From: Rebecca billardiae RCC1528
Lineage: Eukaryota > Protista > Haptophyta
Direction: 5' to 3'
Length of the DNA stretch: 64,000 nucleotides
Assembly (NCBI GenBank): GCA_965240325.2
Contig: OZ251225.1
Coordinates: 3,286,001 to 3,350,000, forward strand
Below are positions 24,762-36,679 of the stretch, in pieces. A program made the position numbers and the translations under genes. The notes beneath the pieces were generated by a model that made no database searches, had not been told where the DNA came from, and worked only from the letters and a program-made list of their open reading frames with translations. Position 1 is the stretch's first letter, and every line of letters begins with the position of its first letter.

Positions 24762-25448
24762 ATGACGGAGGCCGGGGCCCAGCGCGTGGTCTCGCTCGTC
24801 GGGCAGGTCGTGCGCGTTGAGGTGTCCGGCTCGCAGCCTGTGGAGGGTGAGCTGCACTCCTATGACCCGCCCTCGCGCACATTGGCCCTCAGCGTCACCA
24901 CGGATCCCACCTCGGCGATGAAGCACTGGACTATTGTGCGCGAAGAGCACGTCACGTCGATTGAGCCTGTGCCGGGTGCCAGGCCAGCCGATCCGGAGGC
25001 GGACGATCTGCCGCAGGTGAGTGAAGAGCTCATTCGTAAGCGCGAGAAGCGCACGCTCGAGCGTGCGGCCGAGGACGTGCGGCACATCAACGAGGAGGTG
25101 ACCAACTCGACACAGAACATCTACAACGCGCTGCGTAAGACGATGCCCTGCACGTGGAATGGGAATGACATCGAGGTGATGGGGCTGGTGACGATTCGCG
25201 GGCCAAAGTACACGCCCGAATCTTGCGAGGGTTCCGACGAGAGCGCTTTGACTCGAGTGCGGAAAGTGGTGCGCGCGCTTGCGCGCGTTCTCGCACATGC
25301 CCCATGCCTGTGTGTCCGCACTCTCGCGCCAACGTGCACGACCCCTCCCCCTGCGCTCGCGTTGTGTGTGCACCACGCTTGGGTTGCTCGGAGCCAGCTC
25401 GAGGGCGAGAGGCAGAGGCTGATCGCCGCCGGTGACATTTTGGAGTAG
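24762..25448 (+). CDS. LSM12: LSM12-like protein (Sm-like domain + anticodon-binding domain); probable in-frame intron 25269-25397
   Basis: VEGELHSYD; QNIYNALRKTMPCTWNGNDIEVM...PKYTPESC...ALTRVRKV|LEGER. Confidence 0.78.
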   Translation: MTEAGAQRVVSLVGQVVRVEVSGSQPVEGELHSYDPPSRTLALSVTTDPTSAMKHWTIVREEHVTSIEPVPGARPADPEADDLPQVSEELIRKREKRTLERAAEDVRHINEEVTNSTQNIYNALRKTMPCTWNGNDIEVMGLVTIRGPKYTPESCEGSDESALTRVRKVVRALARVLAHAPCLCVRTLAPTCTTPPPALALCVHHAWVARSQLEGERQRLIAAGDILE

Positions 25449-26400
25449 CTGTCGGCAGACCGGGCCGTGCTCCATGCTCATCCTGACCTTCTCTCGTGGA
25501 GGTGCGGAGTTTGCGTGCTCAGTCAGACCACAGTCTGACAGGCCGGTGTTCGCCTTTCGTCTTGGTCTTACAGGTTGGCATCCGCGCGACTCGGCCGGCC
25601 ACGCGGCGTGGCGTTTGTGCTCACAGTGGCCACGATCATTGTACTAATGGTCCGATCGTTTCGGTCCGATCGCGGACATGCAATCACAGTGTCACGGAGC
25701 CAATGTACCGCCGGCTGCTTTCCAATTGGACATGGTGGCGAAGCCTCCAAACATGCGCATGTCCCGAATTGTGGCGGCGATGGCAGCCCCGGCGATCACT
25801 CCGATGATATGCGCGGACCGGATGATCAGAGTCCGTCTGACTCTCCGTAGCCTAGCTTAGGGCAGCCGAGCTGGCACCGTCAGCCCGAGTGTACTGTGTA
25901 GTGTGACGAGTTATCGGAGTGACAGGCCCGCGGCATCAATCACACTCATTACTGTTAGTCACTCGCGGGACGACACTCAGCATCATTATCAAGCTGCTGA
26001 CACTATGACTAGCTAGTACCGTGAGTGAGTAGTAGTAGTGAACCGTATAAGTTACTTCAGAGTAGCAGCAGTCGTAGCTACTCTTATTAGACTCAGCGGC
26101 ATGCGCCGATGGCGATGCGCGGCCTACTAGTATTTAATTAACAGCAGGCTACGGAGTAACGGAGTACGGTCTGCTGTCGTAGACTAGTAACACTGTAGTC
26201 AGTGATAATGTCACAGCATCATCCTGAGTCCGGTCAGTTATATATATATACTACGGCATCATAACACTTCCGTCGATCGTCAGTAGTTAGCATCATCGAC
26301 GATCGTCGGCCATCAGTGACCAGCCGCCACGCCCACGTGGCACGTCTGACATTGCCGACCCCATGCAGCGTGCTATGACCAGGTCAAGACACCGAGTTCG

Positions 26401-28801
26401 TCAGCCCGACGGAGCGCTCGCCGCGTCAATGTCCGGCTCAACCTCGCCGAGGTCGGGAGCGCCGAGCCCGTCGATCGTGCGCCCATCCGACTCCTCCTCC
26501 CACGTGGGCGTATCTCTGGGCTTGCGCTCGGCGCGCATGCGCGCGGCAACGCTGCCGCGCTCGGCCGCCATCTTGCGGTGCAGCCATGTGTGCTTGTTCT
26601 GCAGGTGCGCGGCGCAGCGCGATTCGGCCTCCGGGCTGGACATCTCGGCCGAGATCCCGTTCGAGCCCTGGATCGCGCCGTAGGTGACCACCATGCGATC
26701 CGCGTCCGAGCCGCCCGAGCCCTTGGCCGTGCAGCAGGTCGCATGCTGGCCGTTGAAGTGCACGGCAAAGCAGTGGTCGCCCGCTGCGATGCGAGCGGCC
26801 CATGTGTGCAGCGTGCGCACGTGCGCCTCGCCGCCGCCGTTGTGCTCGCGCGCGCGCTCGACGATGACCTTGGCGTCGGCGTCGAGCACCTTCTTGTGCA
26901 GCGTGTACACAGGCGGCGAGTCCGCGTCCACGAGCGCGCACAGCTTGCCCATCAGCTGCTGCACGTCGCGGTCGGGCGAGACGGCGCGGCGCTCGCCCGC
27001 GCGGTGCTCGAGCCAGCGCGCCCACAGCCGCTGCGCGCCCTCGCTCAGCTCGCGCAGCCGCTGCGAGGAGCCGTACAGCCGCAGGATCACGCTGGCGAGC
27101 TTGGCCGACTTGTCCGCCACGTACACCACGCCCGAGATGGAGTCGTACCCGTCGACGGCCTCGCCCAGCTGCAGCGCGGCCGAGGTGGGCGCGACCACCG
27201 GCACCCCTATCGACAGCGGCAGCAGCATCTCCTCGGCGGGCGCGCCCGTGTCCGCGGGCGCGAGCACGACGGCGATGCGCGAGCGCACGAGCGCGTCCAG
27301 CGCTTGGCGGCGCGTGCGGTACACGACGCGCACGACGCCGCTGTCCGCGCCGGCGGCGAGGGCGCCGGCGCCCTTCGCCGCGCTCGGCGCGCGCGGTGTG
27401 GCCGCCTGCTCCCACTCGGCGCTGGCCGGTGCGCGCGTGAGGATGTGCAGCGTCGGCGCGAGCTCGGCGCCGCCCGCGTGCGACAGCCGCGCGCGCACCG
27501 CCGGCCACGTGTCCTCCAGGAAGAGCCGCAGTGGCGCGAGCCCGAACGCGGACCAATCGCAGAGCAGCGCGATGTCGGTGGGCGGGCGCGCGCCGGGCTT
27601 CTGCCGCGTGTCGGCCGCGGCGATGTGCGCGCGCTCGGGCGCGCTCGGGCCGAACTCGGCCGGCGAGAGGTGCAGCACGTGTGTGTGCCAGTTGGGCTTG
27701 CGCTCGTCCACCCACGCCGCGTCTGGCAGTAGCCCCTTCTCCGCCTTGGCGTCCGAGGGCGTGCGGTGCGCGACGAAGTCGGCGTAGCGGTACAGCGACT
27801 GCAGCCGCCTGCCCACCTCCTTCGACCACTCCGTACGGATCGTGCGCGCGCGCTCCCACAGCCCGAGGGACGTCTCGCTGCCTGGCGCCGGGCGCGCGGC
27901 ACAGGTGCAGCCGGGAACGACGGGGCGCGCGGCTCAGCGCGCGCGGGACGCGCACCGCTGTGCGAGCAGACGCGCGCGCCGAGCGCGCACTCTCTCGGAG
28001 CTGGGCGACGCTCTTCTCGAGGTGCGAGTGCGCGCGGTCGCTGAGCAGCACGACGAACGGCTTGATGTCCGAGCCGTTCAGGCTCTTGAGCAGCCGCGGC
28101 ACCACGAGCTCGGCGGTCGAGAGCGCCGAGCTGCCGTACTCGAGCTGGACCGGAGCGAGCACGGCATCAAACTGCATGGCCGAGCAGAGCGCCGCGACCT
28201 TCCATGCCGAGCGCATGCGGTACAGCCCGTTCCACCGGCGCGGAGAGCCCACGTACGCCTCGAGGTCGCGCCTGTACACCTCGCTCGCGCCGAGCATCGC
28301 CGCCATGCGCGCGTCGTACTGCGCGTCTGAGAACGGGTCGCGCTCGCCCTCGGGCACCGGGTGCAGCAGCGTCACGTTGTGCGTGCACCGGCGCATGCTG
28401 CGCACGATCATCTCGAGGCGGCGGTCTGGCCCGGGTCGGCCGTCGGTGAGGACGAGCACGCGTAGCGCACGCTTGCACGGCACGCGGTTGAACGCCGAGC
28501 ACACCTTGGGCGCGGCAGCGACGCTCGGCTCTGCGGCAGCAGGGGCCGGGGCGTTGCCCACGACGACATCAGCCCCGGCGAGGCGTGCGCGAGGGGGCGG
28601 CTCCTCCTCCTCGAGAGCGGCCGAGTCAGAGAGCTCGACGCCACCCTCCTCGCCATCCTCAGCATCGCTGCTCTCCGCCACGGCCTCTCGTCGCCTGTCT
28701 GGCCGTTCGCCGCGCGGGCGCGTCAACGCCGCCGGCCGCGTCGATGTGTACGTGGAGGTGAGCCAGAGCTCGACGAGCACCACGAGCAGGGCTGCGCGCA
28801 T
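26401..28801 (-). CDS. Signal-anchored GT-B/GT4-like glycosyltransferase; intron 27990-27882
   Basis: Hydrophobic N-terminus, RVLVLTD...HNVTLL, C-terminal SRIAVVLAP...LSIGVPVV...LASVILRLY...LSEGA pattern of GT4-like folds; intron joins two long ORFs in frame. Confidence 0.55.
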
Positions 28802-28996
28802 CAGGTGGGTGGGCGTGGCGCCGTGAGCACGCACGCGGCGCCAGGAGACGCCTCGCGACGACGCGCTGCCGCCAACGCACCCACAACGGCTATGGCCAAC
28901 AGCCGCTTGCGTGACGAGGACGCCATCGTTGTGGCGAGCTGGCCAACGGGCGCAGGCTGCCCGAGCGCCAAGCTGGACGACGTGCGGCGGCACGAC

Positions 28997-31162
28997 ATGT
29001 TTGGGGGGCGCGGGCCACTCTTCGCGCTGCTTGCGCTGAGAAGTGGCGCGGCGACGCTCCTGCCGCACGCGGCCCCACGATCTACGCTCCAAGCGCTCCC
29101 TGCACTGCACGCGCGCGCCCATGTGCGGACGCGCTCGGCAAACGCACGGGCGAGCGCCACTGACACGAGCGTCGACAAGGTGTGCATGCCCGCGCCAACC
29201 GACCCTCTGCCGTACGCCGCGCTGGCGCAGCTGCTCGCGCGGCTGGAGGCGGAGAGCTCGCGCCTTCGCATCACCGCGGAGCTCGCGACCTTCTTCCAGG
29301 ACGTTCTGCACCGCTCGGCGCGCGGCTTGCAGTCGGCGCGCGACTTCTGGGTGTGCCTGCAGCTGTGCACTGCGCAGGTGGGGCCGAACTTCTCGGGCGA
29401 GGAGCTCGGACTGGGCGACGTGGGGATCGCGCAGGCCATCTCGCTCGCGACAGGGCTGTCGACCGCCGAGGTCGATGCCGAGTACTCACGCCTCGGCGAC
29501 CTTGGGCTGGTCGCGCAGGCGGCGGCGGCTGCTCCGACGAGTAAAGGCCGCGCGCCCGCGCAGCCGCCAGACGTGCACGCCGTGCACGCCACGCTGCGCG
29601 AGATCGCGATTATGGAGGGCGACGGCTCGGTGGAGCGCAAGGCCGAGCTCGCCGCGAGCCTGCTGCGCGACTTCTCCCCGCTCGAGCGCCTGTACTTCGT
29701 GCGGACACTGCGCGGCTCGCTGCGCGTGGGCGCGTCCGAAGCGACCGTGCTATGCGCGATCGGACGCGCGTGGCTCGCGAGCCACGGCGGTCTGCGCGTG
29801 GACGAGCTGCCGGCGGCCGACGCGCGGCAGGCGGAGCGCGCCATGCAGGACGCGTACGCGCGCGTGCCGGACTTCAACCTGCTCGTGCCCACCCTGATCA
29901 GCTGCCCAGACCTGGAGTCGCTCGCCGAGCGCACGCAGCCAGGCCTGCACCTGCCGGTGCGGCCGATGCTGCCGACGCCGGTCAAGGGCGTCGCCGAGGT
30001 GCTCAAGCGGCTCAAGGGCGGGCCGATGGCGTGCGAGTACAAGTACGACGGCGAGCGCGTGCAGCTCCACATCGCACGCGCCGAAGGCGAAGCCCGGGTC
30101 TTCAGCCGCTCGTGCGAGGACGTTTCCGAGAAGTATCCGCAGCTGTGTGAGCGCGCGATCCAGTGGCTGGCGTCTGGCACCGACGAGCTGATCATCGAGG
30201 CGGAGGCCGTGGCGTACGACCGCGAGGGCGGGCGCATCCTGCCCTTCAACTTGATCGCGCGCCGCCCGCGCAAGAAGGCGCGCAAGGCGGACAAGCCCGG
30301 CGCGGGGCCCGCCTCGGACGCGCCCGCTGTGGCGAGTGTCTGCCTGTACGCCTTCGACTGCCTCTCGCGCAACGGGGACTCGTGCCTCGAGCTGGGCCTG
30401 CGCGCGCGGCGCGAGCAGCTGCGCGCGAGCCTCTCGCCGATCGACGGCGAGCTAGCCTTCGCGTCCTCGCTCGACGTGCCCGAAGGCGTCGACGCCGACG
30501 ACGCGACCGTGCTGGTCGACGCGTTCATGGACAATGCGCTCCGCGCCGGCTGCGAGGGGCTGGTCGTCAAGTCGCTCGCCGACGGCGCGGTGTACGAGGC
30601 TGGAAGGCGCACGCTGCACGCGCTCAAGCTGAAGCGTGACTACTTGGACGGCGCGGTGGACACCGTCGACCTCGTCCCGGTGGGCGCGTACCACGGACGC
30701 GGCCGCCGCGCGGGCCTCTTCGGCGCGTTCCTGATGGCGTGCGCCAAGGAGGGGCTGGGCGACGCGCCGACCCGCGCGGCCGGGGAGGGCGACCTCGCAG
30801 TGATCTGCAAGTTGGGGTCGGGCTTCACGGACGAGAACCTCGCCACCCTCACAGCACGACTGCAGGAGGCGGACGCGATCGCCTCCGCACCCGCGCCGGG
30901 CCTCGACCTCGGCTCCATGCCCGCCGCACGCCAGCCGGACGTGTGGCTGCGCCCCGTGGCAGTGTGGGAAGTGCTCGCGGCAGAGATCTCGCCGTCGCCA
31001 ACCTACCCAGCCGCGCGCGGCGCGGGCGGCGGGCCGAAGAAGGGGCTCGCGCTGCGCTTCCCGCGATTCGTGCGCGTGCGCGACGACAAGGCGCCGCGGG
31101 ACGCCACACCCAGCTCTCTCATTGCGCATATGTACGCGCAGCAGCAGCTCGATGACCGCTGA
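28997..31162 (+). CDS. ATP-dependent DNA ligase I-like, possibly organelle-targeted
   Basis: CEYKYDGER (motif I), YAFDCL, CEGLVVK, LKLKRDY, LRFPRFVRVRDDK; start codon uncertain. Confidence 0.92.
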   Translation: MFGGRGPLFALLALRSGAATLLPHAAPRSTLQALPALHARAHVRTRSANARASATDTSVDKVCMPAPTDPLPYAALAQLLARLEAESSRLRITAELATFFQDVLHRSARGLQSARDFWVCLQLCTAQVGPNFSGEELGLGDVGIAQAISLATGLSTAEVDAEYSRLGDLGLVAQAAAAAPTSKGRAPAQPPDVHAVHATLREIAIMEGDGSVERKAELAASLLRDFSPLERLYFVRTLRGSLRVGASEATVLCAIGRAWLASHGGLRVDELPAADARQAERAMQDAYARVPDFNLLVPTLISCPDLESLAERTQPGLHLPVRPMLPTPVKGVAEVLKRLKGGPMACEYKYDGERVQLHIARAEGEARVFSRSCEDVSEKYPQLCERAIQWLASGTDELIIEAEAVAYDREGGRILPFNLIARRPRKKARKADKPGAGPASDAPAVASVCLYAFDCLSRNGDSCLELGLRARREQLRASLSPIDGELAFASSLDVPEGVDADDATVLVDAFMDNALRAGCEGLVVKSLADGAVYEAGRRTLHALKLKRDYLDGAVDTVDLVPVGAYHGRGRRAGLFGAFLMACAKEGLGDAPTRAAGEGDLAVICKLGSGFTDENLATLTARLQEADAIASAPAPGLDLGSMPAARQPDVWLRPVAVWEVLAAEISPSPTYPAARGAGGGPKKGLALRFPRFVRVRDDKAPRDATPSSLIAHMYAQQQLDDR

Positions 31163-31466
31163 CGCGCCGCGCGGCCCGCCTCATCGTCATCTTAGCTCAA
31201 CGACTGTCTGTAACTGCAGCTTGATGGCTGCTTGCTGATGATGATTGACTCAGACACTCAGTGACGATTACTGTCAGAGTCCATGATGATGACGATGCTG
31301 ACGATGATGATGATGACGCGATGATTGATGTCACAGCCTGACGCCCTGACTCCTGAGGCTGTGCCAGCACTCAGCAGTATTAGTCGGACTGTCGGAGAGT
31401 GTGAGCAGGGCCGGTCAGCTAGCAGCGCTGAGACTGCTAGTAGCTATATATCAGCAGCGTATAGAC

Positions 31467-31977
31467 GTAGTACGGAGTACCGGTAGCAGTAAGCGCGCTG
31501 CTCGTCACTCGGTAATAGCAGTCTCTAATCAGCACTGCGCCCATCATATGACAGGTGATTCGGATATATAGCCGGACCGGGTCCGGGTTGACGAATGATC
31601 AATCAATATGATCATGATGACGGCGTAGTTGACGACCACACGACGAGTGTCATCACGAGTTCAGGTTACTGAGTTCATGCACGAATCACGACCACGCGGG
31701 TCGCGGCGGACGCGCCGGCGCCGCACGCGCCGCGCACGGCGGCGCCCGCCGCCGGCGCACGCGGCCGGCGCCCACGAGTGTGACGAGTGAGTGGGCCCAC
31801 GACGGCTCGGAGGTCAGCACGCACGATCCTCGCGGGCTCCTCGGCCCATAAAGTCATAAACTTAGAAACGCTAGCAGTACCGGTAGTAAGCTACTCATCG
31901 TCACTCGGTAGTAGTATCTATCTGCTAATCAGCACTGCGCCCATATGATAGGTGATTGATAGCGACCGGGTTGACGT
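31467..31977. repeat. Degenerate direct duplication (~31477-31593 vs ~31877-31977)
   Basis: Shared blocks GTACCGGTAG, TCGTCACTCGGTA, CTAATCAGCACTGCGCCCAT, AGGTGATT, CCGGGTTGACG. Confidence 0.65.
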
Positions 31978-32338
31978 CGTTGAGCCACACCACGCGGCCC
32001 ACGCACGATCAGCCCCGGTACGTCCATCACATTCACTGCATGGGCATGTGAGCTGTGACAAAGCCGCGCCAGTCGTGAAGGGAGAGACTAGAATTCGGAG
32101 AGGAACCTCGTCCGAATCGTGAACGCCTGCGTCGCGAGCCAGCGTTCGTGCTGGGCGCCGCATGACGGCCTTTCGCACGGTGCAGGCAGTCGAGTATGGG
32201 TCCGCCGGCCTCGTGGTGCGGCGTGGAAGTAGAAGAGAGCCCATCGTCGATCCAAGCACGTGGCACGATGAATGAATGAGGTGATGATCAGGGTCTTCCG
32301 GCTCGCTCGAGCGTGCCGGATCGATGATGCCGCGGCAC

Positions 32339-33307
32339 CTAGGCCGTGCCAGTGCTCGCCGCGACCGCATCGGACAGCACAACAAAGTCCTCATGTGCTG
32401 CGCCCTCGCAGGTCTCCTCCTCGTCCACCTCCTGCGGAATAGGGCCGCGCTCACCAAGCAGTGGCCGAAAGACGGAGCCGTCCGCCTCCGCAGCGGCAAG
32501 CCTGTGCGTGCATAACGCGCGGGGGCACGAGTGTGAGCTGTGGCCGGCCACGCAGAAACCTCTCGCGGCGCGGGCGCAGTCGCACCTCATCGGCCCTCGT
32601 GACAGCACAAAGGGGCCACTGGCCGGCCCGGCTGAGGCATGCGCGTTCTCCTTGTCCTCGCCACCAGTGAGCGCATCGAGCGCAAGGGCATCTGGAGCGG
32701 CTGCGTGTGCTGGCTTCTCCGCACGCGGCATGCCCGCGCCTGCACCTGCGTTTTCCTTGTCGGCTGCGAGCTTGCCGCCACCTCGCTTCTTGTCCGCCGA
32801 AGAGAGTGCGCGCGCGGCCGAGTCTGCAAAGCTCTTGGCCGCATGGAGACGAGGCGTGTTTGACTGCGCCGGTGACTTGAGTCCGAGAGCAGGCGAGCGG
32901 AGCTGCTCGCGGTCGGGCTCCGCCGGGCACGACTGGCTGCGGTCGACGCGCGGCGGCACGATCCGCTCCTCAGATTCGGCGAACACGGGAGCAGGCACGT
33001 GCAGCGTCAACGGGTCTAGCTTGTCGAGCTGAGCGCGGGGAGCGACGCCCGCGTGCGCGCCTGCAGCGGTGCGCGCCATCGCGCGGATCGCCAGGGACGG
33101 CTTGCCGCCATCGGGGACACGGCCTCGCAGCAGCAGCTCGCTGCACGGCGAGCAGGACTCGTCCGTCGGGCTCTTGGTCGCGAGCTCCGAGGGCAGAAGA
33201 CGAGAGTTGATCGGCTTAGGCAGCGTCGACCGGCGCGTCGACTGCTTTGCGTGCGTCGGCGTGAATCGTGTGTTTGCGTAGGTGGGTCCGTCCTCGCCGT
33301 CGTGCAT
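32339..33307 (-). CDS. Hypothetical low-complexity protein with two KEN-box-like motifs; probable intron 32585-32502
   Basis: Long ORF, Ser/Pro-rich, DKENA twice, GT-AG in-frame intron candidate. Confidence 0.5.
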   Translation of the reverse strand: MHDGEDGPTYANTRFTPTHAKQSTRRSTLPKPINSRLLPSELATKSPTDESCSPCSELLLRGRVPDGGKPSLAIRAMARTAAGAHAGVAPRAQLDKLDPLTLHVPAPVFAESEERIVPPRVDRSQSCPAEPDREQLRSPALGLKSPAQSNTPRLHAAKSFADSAARALSSADKKRGGGKLAADKENAGAGAGMPRAEKPAHAAAPDALALDALTGGEDKENAHASAGPASGPFVLSRGPMRCDCARAARGFCVAGHSSHSCPRALCTHRLAAAEADGSVFRPLLGERGPIPQEVDEEETCEGAAHEDFVVLSDAVAASTGTA

Positions 33308-33696
33308 GGCGTCGACAGCGGAGGGCGACGGCGGCGGTCGCGAGGATGAGGGCCGAGCGTGTGTGATGAGTTTTGAAGCCTGATGGGCCGTTTCGGTGGC
33401 TCCTGGCATCCCAGCTTTATTCGCATTTTTTCGCAGGCTGCTGGTTCAATATTAACCGCCGGACGACTGACGCCTATGTGACCCGTCGTCACCAAGGGCC
33501 CTTGCCGTCACGTCGGAATCCAGGCTCACGCCTCATCCGGTGATAGGCCTGATAGGGGAGGCCCGGGGATATGACCATCCACCCATGACAAAATCGCATG
33601 GCAGGCGCCCAGTGGCAGTGAGTAGTCGGACTGCCGACGCCGGGCCCGGTCACGGTGGCGGGTCACGGCAGCCGTGGAAATACGGTGGAAGTGGCT

Positions 33697-34746
33697 TCAT
33701 TGCAACTGTCGGCTGCGTCGCGACGCGTGGGCACTCTGCTGGCGCGACCTTCTGGGTGACGGGTTTCTCCCGGAGTTGATGCCGTCGTCCAGCGTGTACA
33801 CCGCCTGCGACGGGTAGAAGGCGCCTGTGTGCACCTGCGCGGCGTGGGCAGCGGCCGCGACCGGTCGGCGCGGCGCGGTTGGGTGAGCCAGCGCGGCGGG
33901 CGCGGCGTCGCAGGGCTACGCGCGCGCGCACCTCGTCAATTTTGAACTTGGTCGCCACGTAGTGCGCGTGCGTCAGGATCAAGTAGAGCGACGTGAGCAT
34001 CAAGAACGTGATGCCCAGGTTGGTGAGCAGCTGCGGGTGCCGCTGCGACCACGCGTACGTGAGCACCATCAAGTGGAACGAGACGATGCCACAACCGAAG
34101 AAGAAAACAGCCGTGCGGTACTCGACCATGATAGACTCGATGGCGATGTGCACGCTGCCATCCGGACCGCGGAGCGCCAAACCTGCCGAGGGGGTGGGTG
34201 CGCATCGGAGAGGGCGCGCGTGGCGTGTGATGACAGGCGCCGCGGCGCGAGAGCGCGAGGGCGGGTCGGCGCGCACCAGGGCCAAGCATCGCGATGAGCG
34301 TGAAGTTGTGCAACGAGAGCAGGGTGCTGCCGACCAGTAAGCTGATCATGAACGGGTAGAGCAGCTGCATCCAGAAGCCACCCTCCTGGTAGTAGCTCAT
34401 CTTGCAGTACACAAGCGCCGCAAAGCCCGAAACCGCCAACACTGCGTTTTGGAATCCCAATGATCTGCGTGCGTCCGCAGGGCAGGGACGAGGAGGACAG
34501 GGACGTGGGCACGATGTGGACAGGTGCTCTGAGGGGCGCGACCCACCTCCCGCCCTCGCGCGCGATCCCCCTCGGCGCTCGCCGGCCAATACACGGTGCG
34601 CCGTCGGCGCAGCCAGAGGCAGAACGAGACGCGGGGCGAGCGGCGCACCTGCTGTTGCGCGTGTAGAGCTCGAGCTCGCGCTCGCGGATCTGGAGCATTC
34701 GCAACCGCGCACGGTTCGCCAGGGCAACCTTATCGGCGTACAGCAT
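33697..34746 (-). CDS. 4-TM membrane protein (Orai/PGG-like, GPGLALRGPDGS family); introns 34648-34465, 34276-34183, 33931-33835
   Basis: Spliced product MLYADK...RERELELYTRNSRSLGFQNAVLA...LGPGLALRGPDGSV... with four hydrophobic helices; all introns are GT-AG and frame-consistent. Confidence 0.68.
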
Positions 34747-34920
34747 GGTCGCCTAGGCCGCAGGCCGCAAGGCACTCACACACGCGTTGCCCGGTCAAAC
34801 AGTGCTGGGCGATGGCGGCCCTACAGTGTACAGGCTCGCCGTCGAATCAGCCGCTGATGTGGCGCCCCAAATTCGGCGCCGGTCGGCGTCGAAAAAGACG
34901 AGTACATCCGATTCGTCACG

Positions 34921-36441
34921 ATGGCTGCCGGTCGCGAGCCTACCCATCTGGTCGTGCTCGCGCACGGCGTGGGCGGCCTGGCGAGCGACCTCGCGTACCT
35001 TGCGAAGCTGCTGCGGGCGTATCCAGACGTGCTTGTCTTCGCACCGCGATGCAATGAGCCCGTGCTCGCGCCGTTCGAAGGCGTGGCCGTCGGCGGCGAG
35101 CGGATCGTGAGCGAGGTGCTGGCCGAGATCAGCCAGCGGCCTGCGTTGCGGAAGCTGTCGCTCGTGGGGCACTCGCTCGGCGGTCTGTACGTGCGCTATG
35201 CCGCGGGTGTCCTCTACGGGCGATGCGGCTGCACGCTCATCCCGCTCAACATGGTGACACTCGCAACGCCACACCTTGGAGTCACCCGGCCACGGACGCG
35301 GCCACCGCTGCGCGGCGGCGCATTCAACCGCGCCTTCCAGGTCGTCTCGGAGCGGATGTGCGCACAGCTTGGCGTCGAGCTCAACCTGAGTGATACCGCC
35401 GACGGCATGGTGCCTCTCCTCGTCCGCCTTGCGCACGGGGACTTCCTCCGCGCCCTTCGCTCCTTCCGGCGGCGCTCGCTGTACGCGAACGTGTACAACG
35501 ACTTCCTGGTGCCATTCTGCACGGCCGCGCTCCAGCCGTACAACCCGTACCGCCGCGGCGAGGCTTCGCTGCTCACCTCGGAGCGCTACCCGCACATCAC
35601 GCTGCACTCCCTCTACCAGGCCGCTCTTGGCACGGACGACGCGGGCGTGAATGGTGGCAGTGCTGTGGGCGAGCCCGCTGAGCGGATGTGCGGCGCGGGC
35701 AGGGGCGATGGGGAGCCCGTGCACGGCGCGGCGCGGCACGTGTCAGCTGCCGCCACACCCTTGGAGCATCGCCAGCCGACGAGCGCGGGCGCACGCCGGC
35801 TGGCCTGCGCGCTGGACGAGGCTACAGCCACCGTTGAGCGCATCAACTCGGCCCCCGCAAGTGCGCCGCAAGCGGGACGCTTCGAGCCGCTCGGAGCGCC
35901 GCCCGTCCGCACCCTCACGCGAAGCCGGACAGCGCCTAGCTGGTCTATGGGCGCTGACGGCGAACATCCGGGCGTGCAGCGCCATGGCACCGAGCGCTTC
36001 TCGCTCTCTGGGCGCAGCCGGCCATCTCAAGCCTCGCTGGCCATATTTGCCGGCGCTGATATCGGCGCACGGGGTGTTGCCGGCCCATTCTCCCCCACGC
36101 AGCTCAGCGTCTCTCAGCCGCGCAGCATGCTGCAGCGAGCCGCGTCCTTTGGCGGCGAGCACGCGCGGAGCGAGTACCTGCAACGCGTGCTCCTCGACCT
36201 GAACTCGGTGCACTGGCACCGCTTCGACTGCGTATTCTCGACGCTTGCTGCGCACGAGCAGATCATCAACAAGAACGCCTGGACTGCAGCCATCGGCGTT
36301 GACACGTCTGACGTTTGCCGCCACATCGTGGACCACTTCGTCTTCAACGATGACGAGCTCGGACCACGGCAGTCCCACCCTCTGTCGCCGTCGGCCTCGG
36401 CCTCGGCCTCGGGCTCAGCAGGCCTCTCGCCTTCAGGATGA
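34921..36441 (+). CDS. DUF676 putative serine esterase/lipase
   Basis: HLVVLAHG, SLVGHSLGGLYVRYA, TLATPHLG, RRSLYANVYNDFLVP. Confidence 0.88.
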   Translation: MAAGREPTHLVVLAHGVGGLASDLAYLAKLLRAYPDVLVFAPRCNEPVLAPFEGVAVGGERIVSEVLAEISQRPALRKLSLVGHSLGGLYVRYAAGVLYGRCGCTLIPLNMVTLATPHLGVTRPRTRPPLRGGAFNRAFQVVSERMCAQLGVELNLSDTADGMVPLLVRLAHGDFLRALRSFRRRSLYANVYNDFLVPFCTAALQPYNPYRRGEASLLTSERYPHITLHSLYQAALGTDDAGVNGGSAVGEPAERMCGAGRGDGEPVHGAARHVSAAATPLEHRQPTSAGARRLACALDEATATVERINSAPASAPQAGRFEPLGAPPVRTLTRSRTAPSWSMGADGEHPGVQRHGTERFSLSGRSRPSQASLAIFAGADIGARGVAGPFSPTQLSVSQPRSMLQRAASFGGEHARSEYLQRVLLDLNSVHWHRFDCVFSTLAAHEQIINKNAWTAAIGVDTSDVCRHIVDHFVFNDDELGPRQSHPLSPSASASASGSAGLSPSG

Positions 36442-36583
36442 GGGAGTCTACGGTGACATCAGCACTGAGTCACTTGTCATCATATGTAAGGCGTGTATTC
36501 GTCCGTCACTCTGATGCGGCTGGAACTGGAATTATAACGGAGTGCGGGCCCTGACGGGCCTGAGTCCGAGGGTCGTCAGAACT

Positions 36584-36586
<3 letters not shown>

Positions 36587-36676
<90 letters not shown>
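36587..36676. repeat. (TA)n microsatellite
   Basis: Directly visible. Confidence 0.98.
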
Positions 36677-36679
<3 letters not shown>

